Shown here in pieces: positions 12,528 to 24,271 of a DNA stretch of 64,000 bases. Origin of the DNA: Squalus acanthias (taxonomy: Eukaryota); NCBI GenBank assembly GCA_030390025.1, contig CM059432.1, forward strand, positions 8,308,001 through 8,372,000, read 5' to 3'. Positions within the stretch are counted from its first letter, which is position 1. Every line of letters begins with the position of its first letter. The notes under the pieces were generated by a model. The model saw only the letters and a program-made list of their open reading frames with translations. It did not search any database and was not told the DNA's origin. Position numbers and translations under genes: made by a program.

Positions 12528-12672
12528 ATTGAGAGGTCGCACAACACCAGGTTATAGTCCAACAGTTTTATTTGAAATCACAAGCTTTCGGAGCTATCGA
12601 TTTGCTCCTTCCTCAGGTGCGACCTCTCAATTTTGTCCACCCCAGTCCAACACCGGCATCTCCGCATCATGA
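12528..12672. mobile_element. 145 bp Penelope-type pLTR insert with hammerhead motif
   Basis: 14 bp TSD cctctatttataaa (12514-12527, 12673-12686); minus-strand CUGAGGA-A-GGAGC..GCUCC-GAAAGCUU; 18 bp inverted repeat. Confidence 0.75.
12578..12619 (-). ncRNA. Minimal type I hammerhead ribozyme motif
   Basis: cac-CUGAGGA-a-ggagc(aaatcgata)gcucc-GAAAG-CUU-gug: core, stem II, loopless stem III and a 3 bp stem I. Confidence 0.6.
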
Positions 12673-12919
12673 CCTCTATTTATAAAGCCAAGGATCCCAT
12701 ATGCTTTTTTAAGAACCTTAGCTACTTGTCCTGACACCTTCAAAGATTTGTGTATGTGAACCCCCAGGTATCTCTGTTCCTGCACCCCCTTTAAAATGGT
12801 GCCATTTAGTTTATATTGCCTCTCCTTAATCTTCCTTCTAAAAGGCATCATTTCACATTTCTTTCAGATGAAGGCTCCTTGGGGACTGCTGATAGAATTA
12901 TGTAACAAAGCTTTTTAAA

Positions 12920-15900
12920 ATATTTGTTCCTGGGATGTGGGCGTCACTGGCAAGGCCAGCATTTATTGCCCATCCCTAATTGCGCTTGAGAAGGCGGTAG
13001 TGAGCCGCCCTCCAGAACCGCTGCAGTCCGTGTGGTGAAGGTACTCCCCACAGTGATGTTAGGGAGGGAGTTCCAGGATTTTGACCCAGTGACGATGAAG
13101 GATCAGCGATATATTTCCAAGTCAGGATGGTGTGTGACTTGGAGGGGAACTTGGAGGTGGTGGTGTTCACATGCGCCCGCTACCCTTGTCCTTCTAGGTG
13201 GAAGAGGTCGTGATTTTGGGAGGTGCTGCTGAAGAAGCCTTGGCGAATTGCTACAGTGCATCTTGTAGATGATACACACTGCAGCCATGGTACGCCGGTG
13301 GTGGAGGGAGTGAATGCTTAAGGTGGTGGATGGGGTGCCAATCAATTGGGCTGCTTTGTCCTGGATGGTGTCGAGCTTCTTGAGCGTTGTTGGAGCTGCA
13401 CTCATCCAGGCAAGTGGAGAGTATTCCATCACACTCCTTACTTGTGCCTTGTAGATGGTGGAAAGGCTTTAGGGAGTCAGGAGGTGAGACACTCGCCGCA
13501 GAATACCCAACCTCTGACCTACTCTTGTTTCCACAGTATTTGTGTAACTGGTCCAGTTAAGTTTCTGGTCAGTGGTAACCCCCAGGATGTTGATGGTGGG
13601 GGTTTTGGCGATGGTAATGCCGTTGAATGTCAAGGGGCGATGGTTAGATTCTCACTTGTTGGTGACAGTCATTGCCTGGCACTTATGTGGCGTGAATGTT
13701 ACTTGCATCTTATCAGCCCAATCCTGAATGTCATCCAGGTCTTGCTGCATGCAGGCATGGACTGCTTCATTATCTGAGGAGTTGTGAATGGAACTGAACA
13801 CTGTGCAGTCATCAGCAAACATCCCCATTTCTGACCTTATGATGGCGGGAATGTCATTGATGAAGCAGCTGAAGATGATTGGGCCGAGGACACTGCCCTG
13901 AGGAACTCCTGCAGCAATGTCCTGGGGCTGAGATGATTGACCTCCAACCATCACAACCATCTTCCTTTGTGCTAGTTATGACTCTAGCCAGTGAAGTGTT
14001 TTTCCCTGATTCCCATTGATTTCAATTTTACTAGCGCTCCTTGATGTTACACTTGGTCAAATGCTGCCTTGATGTCAAGGGCAGTCACTCTGGAATTCAG
14101 CTCGGACAAAGGCTGTAATGAGGTCTGGAGCTAAGTGGTCCTGGCAGAACCCAAACTGGGCATCAGTGAGCAGGTTATTGGTGAGTAAGTGCCGCTTGAT
14201 AGCACTGTCGACGCCACATCCCATCACTTTGCTGATGATTGATAGTAGACTGATGGGGCGGTAATTGGCCGGATTGGATTTGTCCTGCTTTTTGTGGACA
14301 GGACATACCTGGGCAGTTTTCCACATTGTCGGATAGATGCCAGTGTTGTAGCTGTACTGGAACAGCTTGGCTAGAGGCGCTGCTAGTTCTGGAGCACAAG
14401 TCTTCAGCAACGACAGCCGGGATGTTGCCAGGGCCCAGAGCCTTTGTTGTATCCAGTGCGCTCAGCCGTTTCTTGATATCACGCGGAGTGAATCGAATTG
14501 GCTGAAGACTGGCTTCTGTGATGGTCAGTATGTCAGGAGGAAGCCAATATGGATCATCTACTCGGCACTTCTGGCTGAAGATGGTTGCAAACGCTTCAGC
14601 CTTGTCTTTTGCACTCACGTGCTGGGCTCCCCCATCATTGGGGATGGGGATATTCATGGAGCCTCCTCCTCCCGTTAGTTGTTTAATGGTCCACCACCAT
14701 TCACAACTGGATGTGGCAGGACTGCAGAGCTTTACTCTGTCTATAGCATGCTGCTTCCGCTTTTTAGCATGCATGTAGTCCTGTGTTGCAGCTTCCCCGG
14801 GTTGGCACCTCATTTTTAGGTACGCCCGGTGCTGCTCCTGGCATGCTCTTCTACACTCCTTATTGAACCACATTGGTCACCTGGCTTGATGGTCATGGTA
14901 GAGTGAGGGATATGCTGGGCCATGAGATCACAGATGGTGGTGGAATACAATTCTGCTGTTGCTGATGGCGCACAGCGCCTCATGGATGCCCAGTTTTGAG
15001 CTGCTAGATCTGTTCTGAATCTATCCCATTTAGCACGGTGGTAGTGCCACACAACACAATGGAGTGTGTCCTCAGTGTGATCACAGGACTTTGTCTCCAC
15101 AAGGACTGTGCGGTGATCACTGCTACCAATACTGTCATGGACAGATGCATCTGCGACAGGTAGCCTGGTGAGGATGATGTCAAGTAAGTTTTTCCCTCGT
15201 GTTGGTTCTCTCACCACCTGCCACAGGCCCAGTCTGGCAGCTATGTCCTTCAGGACTTGGTCAGCTCGGTCAGTAGTGGTGCTACCGAGCCACTCTTGGT
15301 GATGGACATTGGAGTCCCCCACCTAGAGTACATTTTGTGCCCTTGCTACCCTCAGTGCTTCTTCCAAGTGGTGTTCAACATGGAGGAGTACTGATTCATC
15401 AGCTGAGGGAGGGCAGTAGGTGGTAATCAGCAGGAGGTTTCCTTGCCCATGTTTGATCTGAAGCCCTGAGACTTCATGGGGTCTGGAGTCAATGTTGAGG
15501 ACTCCCAGGGCCACTCCTTCCCAACTGTATACCACTGTGCCACCACCCCTGGTGGGTCTGTCCAGCTGGTGGGACAGGACATACCCGGTGATGGTGATGG
15601 AGGATTCTGGGATGTTGATTGAAAGATATGATTCTGTGAGTATGACTATGTCAGGCTGTTGCTTGACTAGTCTGTGGGACAGCTCTCCCAATTTTGGCAC
15701 ACGTCCCCCGATGTCAGTGTGGAGGACTTTGCAGGGTCGACTGGGCTGGGTGGGCCTTTGTCGTGTCTGAAGCCGGTGCCGAGGTCGATGCCGGGTGGTC
15801 CGTCCGGTTTTATTCTTATTATTGATTTTTATAGCGGTTTGTTACAACTGAGTGGCTTGCTGGTCCATTTCAGAGGGCAATTAAGAGTCAACCACATTGC

Positions 15901-16178
15901 TGTGGGTCTGGAGTCACACATAGGCCCAGACCGGGTAAGGACGGCAGATTTCCTTCCCTAAAGGACATTCGTGAACCAGATGGGTTTTTATGACAATCCA
16001 GTAGTTTCATGGTCACTATTACTGATACTAGTTTTTTATTCCAGATTTTTAAAATTTAATTAACTGAATTTAAATTCCCCAGCAGCTCGTGGTGGGATTT
16101 GAACTCACATCTCCAGATTATTAGTCCAAAGCTACTGGATTACTGGTCCACTAGCATAATCACTGAGCTACCGTTCCC
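12920..16178 (-). mobile_element. LINE family B, near full length: tRNA-like head + APE + RT (frameshifted), no ORF1
   Basis: APE motifs PDIVILTES, GGGTVVY, GDSNVHH, NLLDIILT, SDHRTV; RT motifs NYRPISLLS, AQFGF, GVPQGSVLGP, MFADD; 3' tail gggatgggcaataaatgctggcc; head with A and B boxes at 16094-16170. Confidence 0.88.
16094..16178 (-). promoter_or_regulatory. tRNA-derived internal Pol III promoter-like head
   Basis: Minus strand gggaacggTAGCTCAGTGA...GAGTTCAAATCCCacca (A box and B box). Confidence 0.65.
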
Positions 16179-16717
16179 AAACTAAGACACGAATAAGAGA
16201 AAAATGTATTATCAATCAATTGGCATGTTGCTCCTGCTGCTGGAAGATTGACATCTTACAGCCTCAATCGCTGAAAGATATCCACAGCAAATGTCACTAA
16301 GTAGATCTCAGCTCAATTTCATGGGAGCCCTCAGGCTGAATTGTTAAATGTGCTCAAGAATATTTAGCAAATCTTTCTCAAGGACATCAATCTGGTTTTT
16401 CTTTTGGTAGGTGAGCAATTCAGGTGCTTGCCTGTATGCTTAAGATAAGCTCTTCAGATTTTTTTTAATAAAGGCCCAAAAGTGCTGCACTTTTTTGATT
16501 GATCCCAACCTCACTTCTGTACTCTTCCCTCCCAATCCTTTCTCTCCCTAAAATCTTTTCGCACAGAAAGAGGCCATTTGCCCCATCACAACTATACACT
16601 TAGTTCCTTTCCCCTTCCCTTGCTCCATATCCTTTAATTTTTTTTCTTTTACAAACCTTTATCCACTTTTGAAAGCTATTCTGGATCCATAGAACGAAAG
16701 AAAGAACTGGCATTTAT

Positions 16718-17740
16718 AACATCACAGCCCCAGGACATCGCTGCAGGAGTTCCTCAGGGCAGTGTCCGAGGCCCAACCATCTTCAGCTGCTTCATCAATG
16801 ACCTTCCCTCCAACATAAGGTCAGAAATGGGGATGTTCGCTGATGACTGCACAGTGTTCAACGCCACTCACAACTCCTCAGATAATGAAGCAGTCCATGC
16901 CCGCATGCAACAAGACCTGGACGACGTTAAGGCTTGGGCTGATAAGTGGCAGGTAACATTCGCGCCACAGAAGTGCCAGGCAATGACTGTCTCCTACAAG
17001 CAAGAGTCTAACCAATGCCCCTTGACATTCAACGGCATTACCATCGCCGAATCCCCCACCATCAACATCCTGGGGGTCACCATTGACCAGAAAGTTAACT
17101 GGACCGGCCACATAAATACTGTGGCAACAAGAGCAGGTCAGAGGCTGGGTATTCTGTGGCGAGTGTCTCAACTCCTGACTCCCCAAAGCCTTTCCACCAT
17201 CTACTTGGCACAAGTAAGGAGTGTGATGCAATACTCTCCACTTGCCTGGATGAGTGCAGCTCCAACAACACTCAAGAAGCTCGACACCATCCAGGACAAA
17301 GCAGCCCATTTGATTGGCACCCCATCCACCACCTTAAACATTCACTCCCTCCACCACTGGTGCACCGTGGCTGCAGTGTGTACCATCTACAAGATGCACT
17401 GCAGCAACTCACCAAGGCTTCTTCGGCAGCACCTCCCAAAGCCGTGAGCTCTTCCACTTAGAAGGACCAGGGCAGCAGGCGCATGAGAACACCACCACCT
17501 CCAAGTTCCCCTCCAAGTCACACACCATCCTGACTTGGAAGTATATCGCTGTTCCTTTATCGTCACTGGGTCAACATCCTGGAACTCCCTCCCTAACAGC
17601 ACAGTGGGAGTACCTACACCTCACGGACTGCAGCGGTTCAAGAAGGCAGCTCACCACCACTTTCTCAAGGGCAATTAGGGATGGGCAATAAATGCTGGCC
17701 TTGCCAGCGACGCCCACATCACATGAATGAATAAAATAAA
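16718..17740 (+). mobile_element. LINE family B 3' fragment (RT + tail)
   Basis: ORF 16827..17447 MFADDCTVF...; ends cgcccacatcacatgaatgaataaaataaa; sits inside a SINE 3' end. Confidence 0.9.
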
Positions 17741-17979
17741 ACCTTTCACGACCTCAGGATGTCCCAAAGTGCTTTACAGCCAATTAAGTACTTATTGAAG
17801 TGTAGTCACTGATGTAATGTAGGAAACGTAGCAGCCAATTTCCTCACAGCAAGCTCCCACAAACAGCATAGATGAAATAACCAGATCATCAGATAACCTG
17901 CCTGAACTATTCTCACATTCTCTGGGTCTCGTGAGATATCTTTTAATTCTTTCATCGTGCCTCCTTTTGTCAGTTAACC

Positions 17980-18135
17980 ATCTCCCATTCTCCGCCCAAT
18001 CACTTCACAGCTCATCCTTTTCCTGTGTGTGCATTCCCCTCCCCGTTCCTTCGTTCTGTTCCTTCCTCTATAAGCTGTGCATCTGTAATATCTTCCAGTT
18101 CTGATGAGGGTTTGTGCCTGAAACGTCAACGGGAA
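17980..18135 (+). mobile_element. Penelope pLTR fragment with hammerhead
   Basis: Pyrimidine-rich pLTR-like tract ending ttccagtt-ctgatga-gggtttgtgcct-gaaac-gtc-aacgggaa. Confidence 0.65.
18093..18135 (+). ncRNA. Minimal type I hammerhead ribozyme motif (canonical GUC site)
   Basis: Stem I uuccaguu/aacgggaa (7 of 8 bp), CUGAUGA, stem II GGGU/GCCU, GAAAC-GUC. Confidence 0.65.
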
Positions 18136-18563
18136 TAATCCATCGCTAGCCTGTTCGTGTCATGATTGTTATTCTGCAAAGGAGAACAAAGACTAAAACC
18201 AAGGGAAAATACCGCGGATGCTGGAAATCCGAAATAAAAACAGAAAATGCTAGAAATACTCAGCAGGTCAGGCAGGATCTGTGGAGAGAGAAACAGAGTT
18301 AGAGTTTCAGGTCGATGATCTATCATCAGAACTGGAACAAGTTAGAGATGTAACAGGTTTTAGGCAAGTGTAGAGGCAGGAAAAGGGGAGAGGGGAGGAA
18401 AGAACAGAAGGGAAGGTCTGTGATAGGGTGGAAGGCAGGAGAGATTAAATGATGAAAGGGATGATGGTGCGAGGCGATAGTGGGTGCGAATGGGACAAGA
18501 AAGTAAACAAAAGATGGGTTTAGAGGAGCTGTAAAGGGTAACAACAGAACTATTACCAGCACC

Positions 18564-19437
18564 ATTCACAACTCCTCAGATAATGAAGCAGTCCATGCCC
18601 GCATGCAACAAGACCTGGACGATGTTCAAGCTTGGGCTGATTAGTAGCAGGTAACATTTGTGCCACAGAAGTGCCAGGCAATGACTATCTCCAACAAGCG
18701 AGAGTCTAACCATCGCCTAACCATTCAATGGCATTACCATCACCGAATCCCCCACCATCAACATCCTGGGGGTCACCATTGACCAGAAACATAACTAGAC
18801 CAGCCACATAAATACTGTGGCAACAAGATCAGGTCAGAGGCTAGGTATTCTGCAGCGAGTGTCTCACTTCCTGACTCCCCAAAGCCTTTCTACCATCTAC
18901 AAGCTACAAGTAAGGAGTGTGATGGAATACTCTCCACTTGCCTGGATGAGTGCAGCTCCAACAACACTCAAGAAGCTCGACACCATCCAGGGCAAAGCAG
19001 CCCACTTGATTGGCACCCCATCTAACACCTTAAACATTCACTCCCTCCGCCACCGGCGCACTGTGGCTGCAGTGTGTACCATCTACAAGATGCACTGCAG
19101 CAACTCACCAAGGCTTCTTCGGCAGCACCTCCCAAACCCGCGACCTCTTCCACCTAGAAGGAAAAGGGCAGCAGGCGCATAGGAACACCACCACCTCCAA
19201 GTTCCCCTCCAAGTCACACGCCATCCTGACTTAGAAGTATATCGCCGATCCTTCATCGTCGCTGGGTCAAAATCCTGGACTTCCCTCCCTAACAGCACTG
19301 TGGGAGTACCTTCACTACACGGACTGCAGCGGTTCAAGAAGGCGGCTCACCACCACCTTCTCAAGGGCAATTAGGGATGGGCAATAAATGCTGGCCTTGC
19401 CAGTGATGCCCACATCCCAGGAACGAATATTAAAAAA
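18564..19437 (+). mobile_element. LINE family B 3' fragment nested in Penelope
   Basis: ORF 18817..19182; family B tail; ACC on both flanks. Confidence 0.9.
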
Positions 19438-19545
19438 ACCTGCTGTCTGAGAAAGTGGGAGCAGTGGTTATGATCTGAAAATGTTGAACTCAGTGTTGAG
19501 TCCGGATGGTTGTAAAGTGCTTAATGTAAAGATGAGGGGCTGTTC

Positions 19546-19983
19546 CATAAGAAATAAGAGCAGGAGTCGGCCATATGGCCCCTTGAGCCTGCTCCGCCAT
19601 TCAATTCATGGCTGATCATCGACCTCACCTCCACTTTCCCGCCCAATCTCCAGATCCCTTGATTCCCCTAGAGTCCAGAAATCTATCGATCTCAGTCTTG
19701 AATATACTCAAAGACTCAGCATCCACAGCCCTCTGAGGCAGAGAATTCCAAAGATTCACAACCCTCTGAGTGAAGAAATTCCTCCTCATCTCAGTCTTAA
19801 ATGGCCTACCCCTTATCCTGAGACTATGCCCCCTAGTTCTAGACACTCCAGCCAGGGGGAAACAGCCTCTCGGCATCTACCCTGTCAATCCCCTTCAGAA
19901 TCTTGTATGTTTCAATGAGATCACCTCTCATTCTTCTAAACTCCAGAGAGTATAGGCCCATTCTACACAATCTCTCATCCTAG
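19546..19983 (-). mobile_element. CR1 3' fragment nested in Penelope
   Basis: ORF 19625..19876 RTRGHSLRIRGRPFKTEMRRNFFTQRVVNLWNSLP. Confidence 0.9.
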
Positions 19984-20524
19984 GATTCGAGATTCCGTTG
20001 AGCTTCATTGGAACAGTGTAGGAAGGCGAAGACAGAGAGGTCAGAGTGGGGCAGATAATTAAAATGGCAGGTGACCGGAAGCTCGGGGTCACACTTGCGG
20101 ACTGAATGGAGGTGTTCAGCAAAGCGATCACCCAATCTGCATTTGGTCTCCCCAGTGTAGAGGAAGATCACGTCGGAAGCGTATAACCAGTTTAGCCAAT
20201 GGAATTGGATACATTTGAGTGTGAATAAAAGAGAAATGTTGGCAGATTCCTTCTGGCCAAACGTCTGCAACAAAGCTGCCACTTTTAATTAGTACCTAAA
20301 TAATATATGCATTTTTTTGGTGTTGACTAAAACAACATGATTATGCAAAGCCTAAGTACAAAAATTGACAGGGCTTAAAAAATTGTTTACATGTGCTGGA
20401 TGTTGGTAAAATATGAAAACATAATTGTCATGCATGTAAAAGAAAGAACTGTGAAAGAATATAGCGTGTAAAAGTCATGGTGAGAGCATAGTTTATAGTT
20501 TCATATTGCAAGACCTCCTCAGTT

Positions 20525-20920
20525 ACTCTTCCGAACTCAACATTGAGTTCAACAATTTCAGATCATACCCTCTTACCCCATTTTTTCGGACAGCAGCTGT
20601 TGCTGATGATTCTGCTATTCTCATTTACACCTCCTCTCGACCCATCTTTCTTGACTTGTCCCATTACCATCTCCTTCCACCTTCCACCATCATCCCTTTT
20701 GCCATTTAATCTCTCCTGCCTTCCACCCTATCACAGACCTTCCCTTTTGTTCTTTCCTCCTCTCCCCCCTCTCCCTGCCCCTGCACTTGTTAAAACCTGT
20801 TATATCTCTAACTTTTTCCAGTTCTGACGAAGGGTCATCGACCTGAAACGTTAACTCTGCTTCTCTCTCCACAGATGCTGCCTGGCCTGCTGAGTGTTCC
20901 CAGCATTTTCCGTTTTTATC
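20525..20920 (+). mobile_element. Penelope 3' fragment with hammerhead motif (20818-20858)
   Basis: LNIEFNNFRS end, then ccagtt-ctgacga-agggtcatcgacct-gaaacgtt-aact. Confidence 0.85.
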
Positions 20921-20942
20921 TTCAGTTACTCGATTCATCTAC

Positions 20943-21780
20943 CCGTCTTTCGGATGAGACGTTTAACCGAGGCCCCCGTCTGTACTCCCAGGTGGACGTA
21001 AAAGATCCCACGGCACTATATCGAAGAAAAGCAGGAGAGATCTCCACGGTGTCTTGGCCAATATTTATCCCTCAATCAACATTACTGAAAAAAAGCAGAT
21101 TGTCTGGTCCTTATCACGAAGATTCACTGCAGCGAAGATTCACCAGACTGATACCTGGGATGGCAGGAATGACGTATGAGAGAGATTGGGTCGATTAGGC
21201 TTATACTCGCTGGAGTTTAGAAGAATGAGAGGGGATCTCATTGAATCTTATAAAATTCTAACAGGACTAGACAGACTAGATGCAGGAAGGCTGTTCCTGA
21301 TGGCGGGGGAGTCCAGCACCAGAGGTCACAGTCTAAGGATAAGGGGTAAGCCATTTAGGACTGAGATGAGGAGGAATTTCTTCACCCAGGGAGTGGTGAA
21401 CCTGTGGAATTCTCTACCACAGAAGGCAGTTGAGGCCAATTCATTAAATATATTCAAGAAGGAGTTAGATATATTTCTTAAGGCTAAAGGGATCAAGGGA
21501 TATGGGGAGAAAGCAGGGACAGGGTACTGAATTTGGATGATCAGCCATGATCTCATTAAATGGCGGAGCAGGCTCGAGGGGCCAAATGGCCTACTCCTGC
21601 TCCTATCTTCTATGTTTCTATGTATCACAATGCTGTTCGTGGGAGCTTGCTATGAACAAATTGGCTGCTGCGTTTCCTACATTACAACAGTGACAACACT
21701 TCAAAAGAATTTCATTGGCTGTAAAGCACTTTGGGATGTCCTGAGGTCGTGAAGGGTGCGATATAAATGCAAGTCTTATT
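20943..21780 (+). mobile_element. Deu-type SINE split by a CR1 3' fragment (21124-21623)
   Basis: SINE halves 20943-21117 and 21624-21780; CR1 ORF 21186..21530 lies between them. Confidence 0.85.
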
Positions 21781-22129
21781 TCTATTCATTTGCATGATTG
21801 TTTTGGGCTGCATTAATATTAGACAGTGATGGAATCAGATAGAAGGCTTCTGCCTATTTAAAAAAAAAATGTTTGCAATGAATTGACAAACTTCAACATT
21901 AATTCAGATAAAATCTGATTGAAAAGTTTATGTTAAAAAAATCCTGAATCATTCAAAATGCCGATGGGGACAAGTGTGACCGAACCAAACCAAAATGGGG
22001 GAAAAAAGGATTAATGTTTTCAACGTGTTTGTGCCACAATCTGGAGAATGGAGTGTCCAAAAAATCACCAAGGTTTTCATTTAATTCCGACTTGCCTTAG
22101 CAGGCTTGAATGAGATAAAGGTCATGAAC

Positions 22130-23175
22130 TCAGAAGGCATTCGTTAGAGTGCCACCCAAGAGGTTGTTACGCATGTGTAGGGCTCATGGGATTGGGTGTA
22201 ATGTATGAGCTTGGTTTGAGGATTGGTTAATGGCGAGAACACAGAAGCTGGAATTTAAAGAGGTGAGAATGGGTGGGTCGGAGACGTTGGGGGGGGGGGC
22301 AAGTGAAAGTTGAAAAAATGTGAACCCCGACCCCCAACCCGCCCACTTTCACCTTTCACTCAGGCGGGACGGGGGTTGGGGCGGGCTTCTGGGTTTCCCA
22401 TCGTCTCCCGGGTCCCCCCACACCGTGTGAGGGTGGGGACCCGGCAAAACCCAGCCCAGAGAGCAGGAATAAACGGATCATTTTCGGGTTGGCAGGCTGT
22501 AACTAGTGGCGTACCCCCAAGGATCCGTGGTTGGGCCTCAGCTATTCACAATCTATATCAATGACTTCAATGAGGGATCCGAGTGTAATGTATCCAATTT
22601 TGCTGATGGTACAAAGCTAGGTGGGAATGTAAGCTGTGAGGAGGACGCAAAGAGGCTTCGAGGGGATATAGACAGGCTATGTGAGTGGGCAAGAAGGTGA
22701 CAGATGGAGTACAATGTGGGGAAATGCGAAATTATCCACTTTGAAGAGTAAAAAAGCAGATTTTTTTTAAAAGGAGAGAGACTAGTAAATGTTGTTATGG
22801 AGAGGGATTTGGGGGTCCTTGTATGCAAATCACAGAAAGTTAACATGCAGGTACAGCAAGCAATTAGGAAGGCAAGTGGTATGTTAGCCTTTATTGCAAT
22901 GGGGTTGGAGTATAAGAGTAAGGAAGTCTTGCTGCAATTATGTAGGGCTTTAGTGAGACCACGCCTGGAGTATTGTGTACAGTTTGGGTCTCCTTACCTA
23001 ACAAAGGATAGACTTGCCTTAGAGGCGGTGCAACAAAGGTTCACTAGATTGATTCCTGGGATGAGAGGGCTGTACTATGAGGAGAGATTGTGTAGAATGG
23101 GCCTATACTCTCTGGAGTTATGAAGAATGAGAGGTGATTCATTGAAGTGTTTAAAATTCTTAGAGGGCTTGACAG
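22130..23175 (+). mobile_element. CR1 RT fragment (decayed), interrupted by a MITE
   Basis: QKAF..VP; GINGSFSGWQAVTSG; PQGSVVGPQLFTIYIND; FADGTKLG; RPRLEYCVQF. Confidence 0.9.
22245..22457. mobile_element. Harbinger-type MITE (~210 bp)
   Basis: Ends (a)agctggaattt / aaaacccagccc; 3 bp TSD (AGA or CAG); removing it restores CR1 cagagagcaggaataaacgg. Confidence 0.7.
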
Positions 23176-24233
23176 AATCATAGAATAGTTACAGCACAGA
23201 AGGAGGCCATTCAACCAGTCAAGCCCGTGCCGGCTCTCTGCAAGAGCACTTCAGCCAGTCCCCCTCCCCCGCCCTTTCCCCGTGGCCCTGCAAATTTCTT
23301 TCCTTCAGATACTTATCCAATTCCCTTTTGAAAGCCACGATTGAGTCTGCCTCCACCACCCTTTCAGGCAGTGCATTCCAGATCCTAACCACTCGTTGCA
23401 TAAAAATGTGTTCCCTCATGTCGCTTTTGGTTCTTTTGCCAATCACCTTAAATCTGTGTCCTCTGGTTCTCGATCCTTCTGCCAATGGAAACAGTTTCTC
23501 TCTATCTACTCTGTCCAGACCCCTCATGATTTTGAACACTTCTATCAAATCTCCTCTCAATCTTCTCTGCTCTAAGGAGAAGGACCCCAGCTTCTCCAGC
23601 CTATTCACGTAACTGAAGTCCCTCATCCCTGGAATCATTCTCGTAAATCTTTTCCGCACCCTCTCTAAGGCCTTCACATCCTTCCTAAAGTGCAGTGCCC
23701 AGAATTGGACACAATACTCCAGTTGAGGTCGAACCAGCGTTTTATAAAGGCTCATCATAAATTCCTTGCTGTTGTACTCTATACCTCTATTTATGAAGCC
23801 CAGGATCCTGTATGCTTTATTAACCGCTTTCTCAACCTGCCCTGCCACCTTCAACGATTTGTGCACATATACCCCCAGGTCTCTCTGTTCATGCACCCCC
23901 TTTAGGATTGTACCCTTTAGTTTATATCGCTCTCCTCGTTCTTCCTACCAAAATGTATCACTTCACACTTTTCTGAGTTAAATTTCATCTGCCACGTGTC
24001 TGCCCATTCCACCAGCCTGTCCATGTCCTCTTGAAGTCCATCACTATCCTCCTCACTGTTCACTATACTTCCAAGTTCTGTGTCATCTGCAAATTTTGAA
24101 ATTGTGCCCTGTACACCCAAGTCCAAGTCATTAATATATATCAAGAAAAGCAGTGGTCCTAGTACCGACCCCTGGGGAGCACCACTGTATACCTTCCTCT
24201 CGTCCGAAAAACAACCGTTCACAACTACTCTCT
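23175..24233 (-). mobile_element. CR1 RT 3' half (continues at 27476)
   Basis: ORFs 23917..24222 (PQGSVLGPLLFLIYINDL, KFADDT) and 23219..23896. Confidence 0.92.
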
Positions 24234-24271
24234 GGGGGAAAAATGCATCCCCTTAGCACCTCCCATTAGCA

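Larger units (their letters stand above)
11919..12865 (-). mobile_element. CR1 3' fragment interrupted by a Penelope insert
   Basis: ORFs 12003..12359 and 12627..12851 are CR1 RT C-terminal sequence. Confidence 0.9.
18200..20165 (-). mobile_element. Penelope-like element (GIY-YIG + pLTR) split into three by two LINE insertions
   Basis: Pieces 18200-18563, 19438-19545 and 19985-20165 rejoin; LYTGETKCRLGDRFAEHLHSV...HCSNEAQRNLE is GIY-YIG-like; degenerate hammerhead motif at 18294-18335. Confidence 0.85.
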
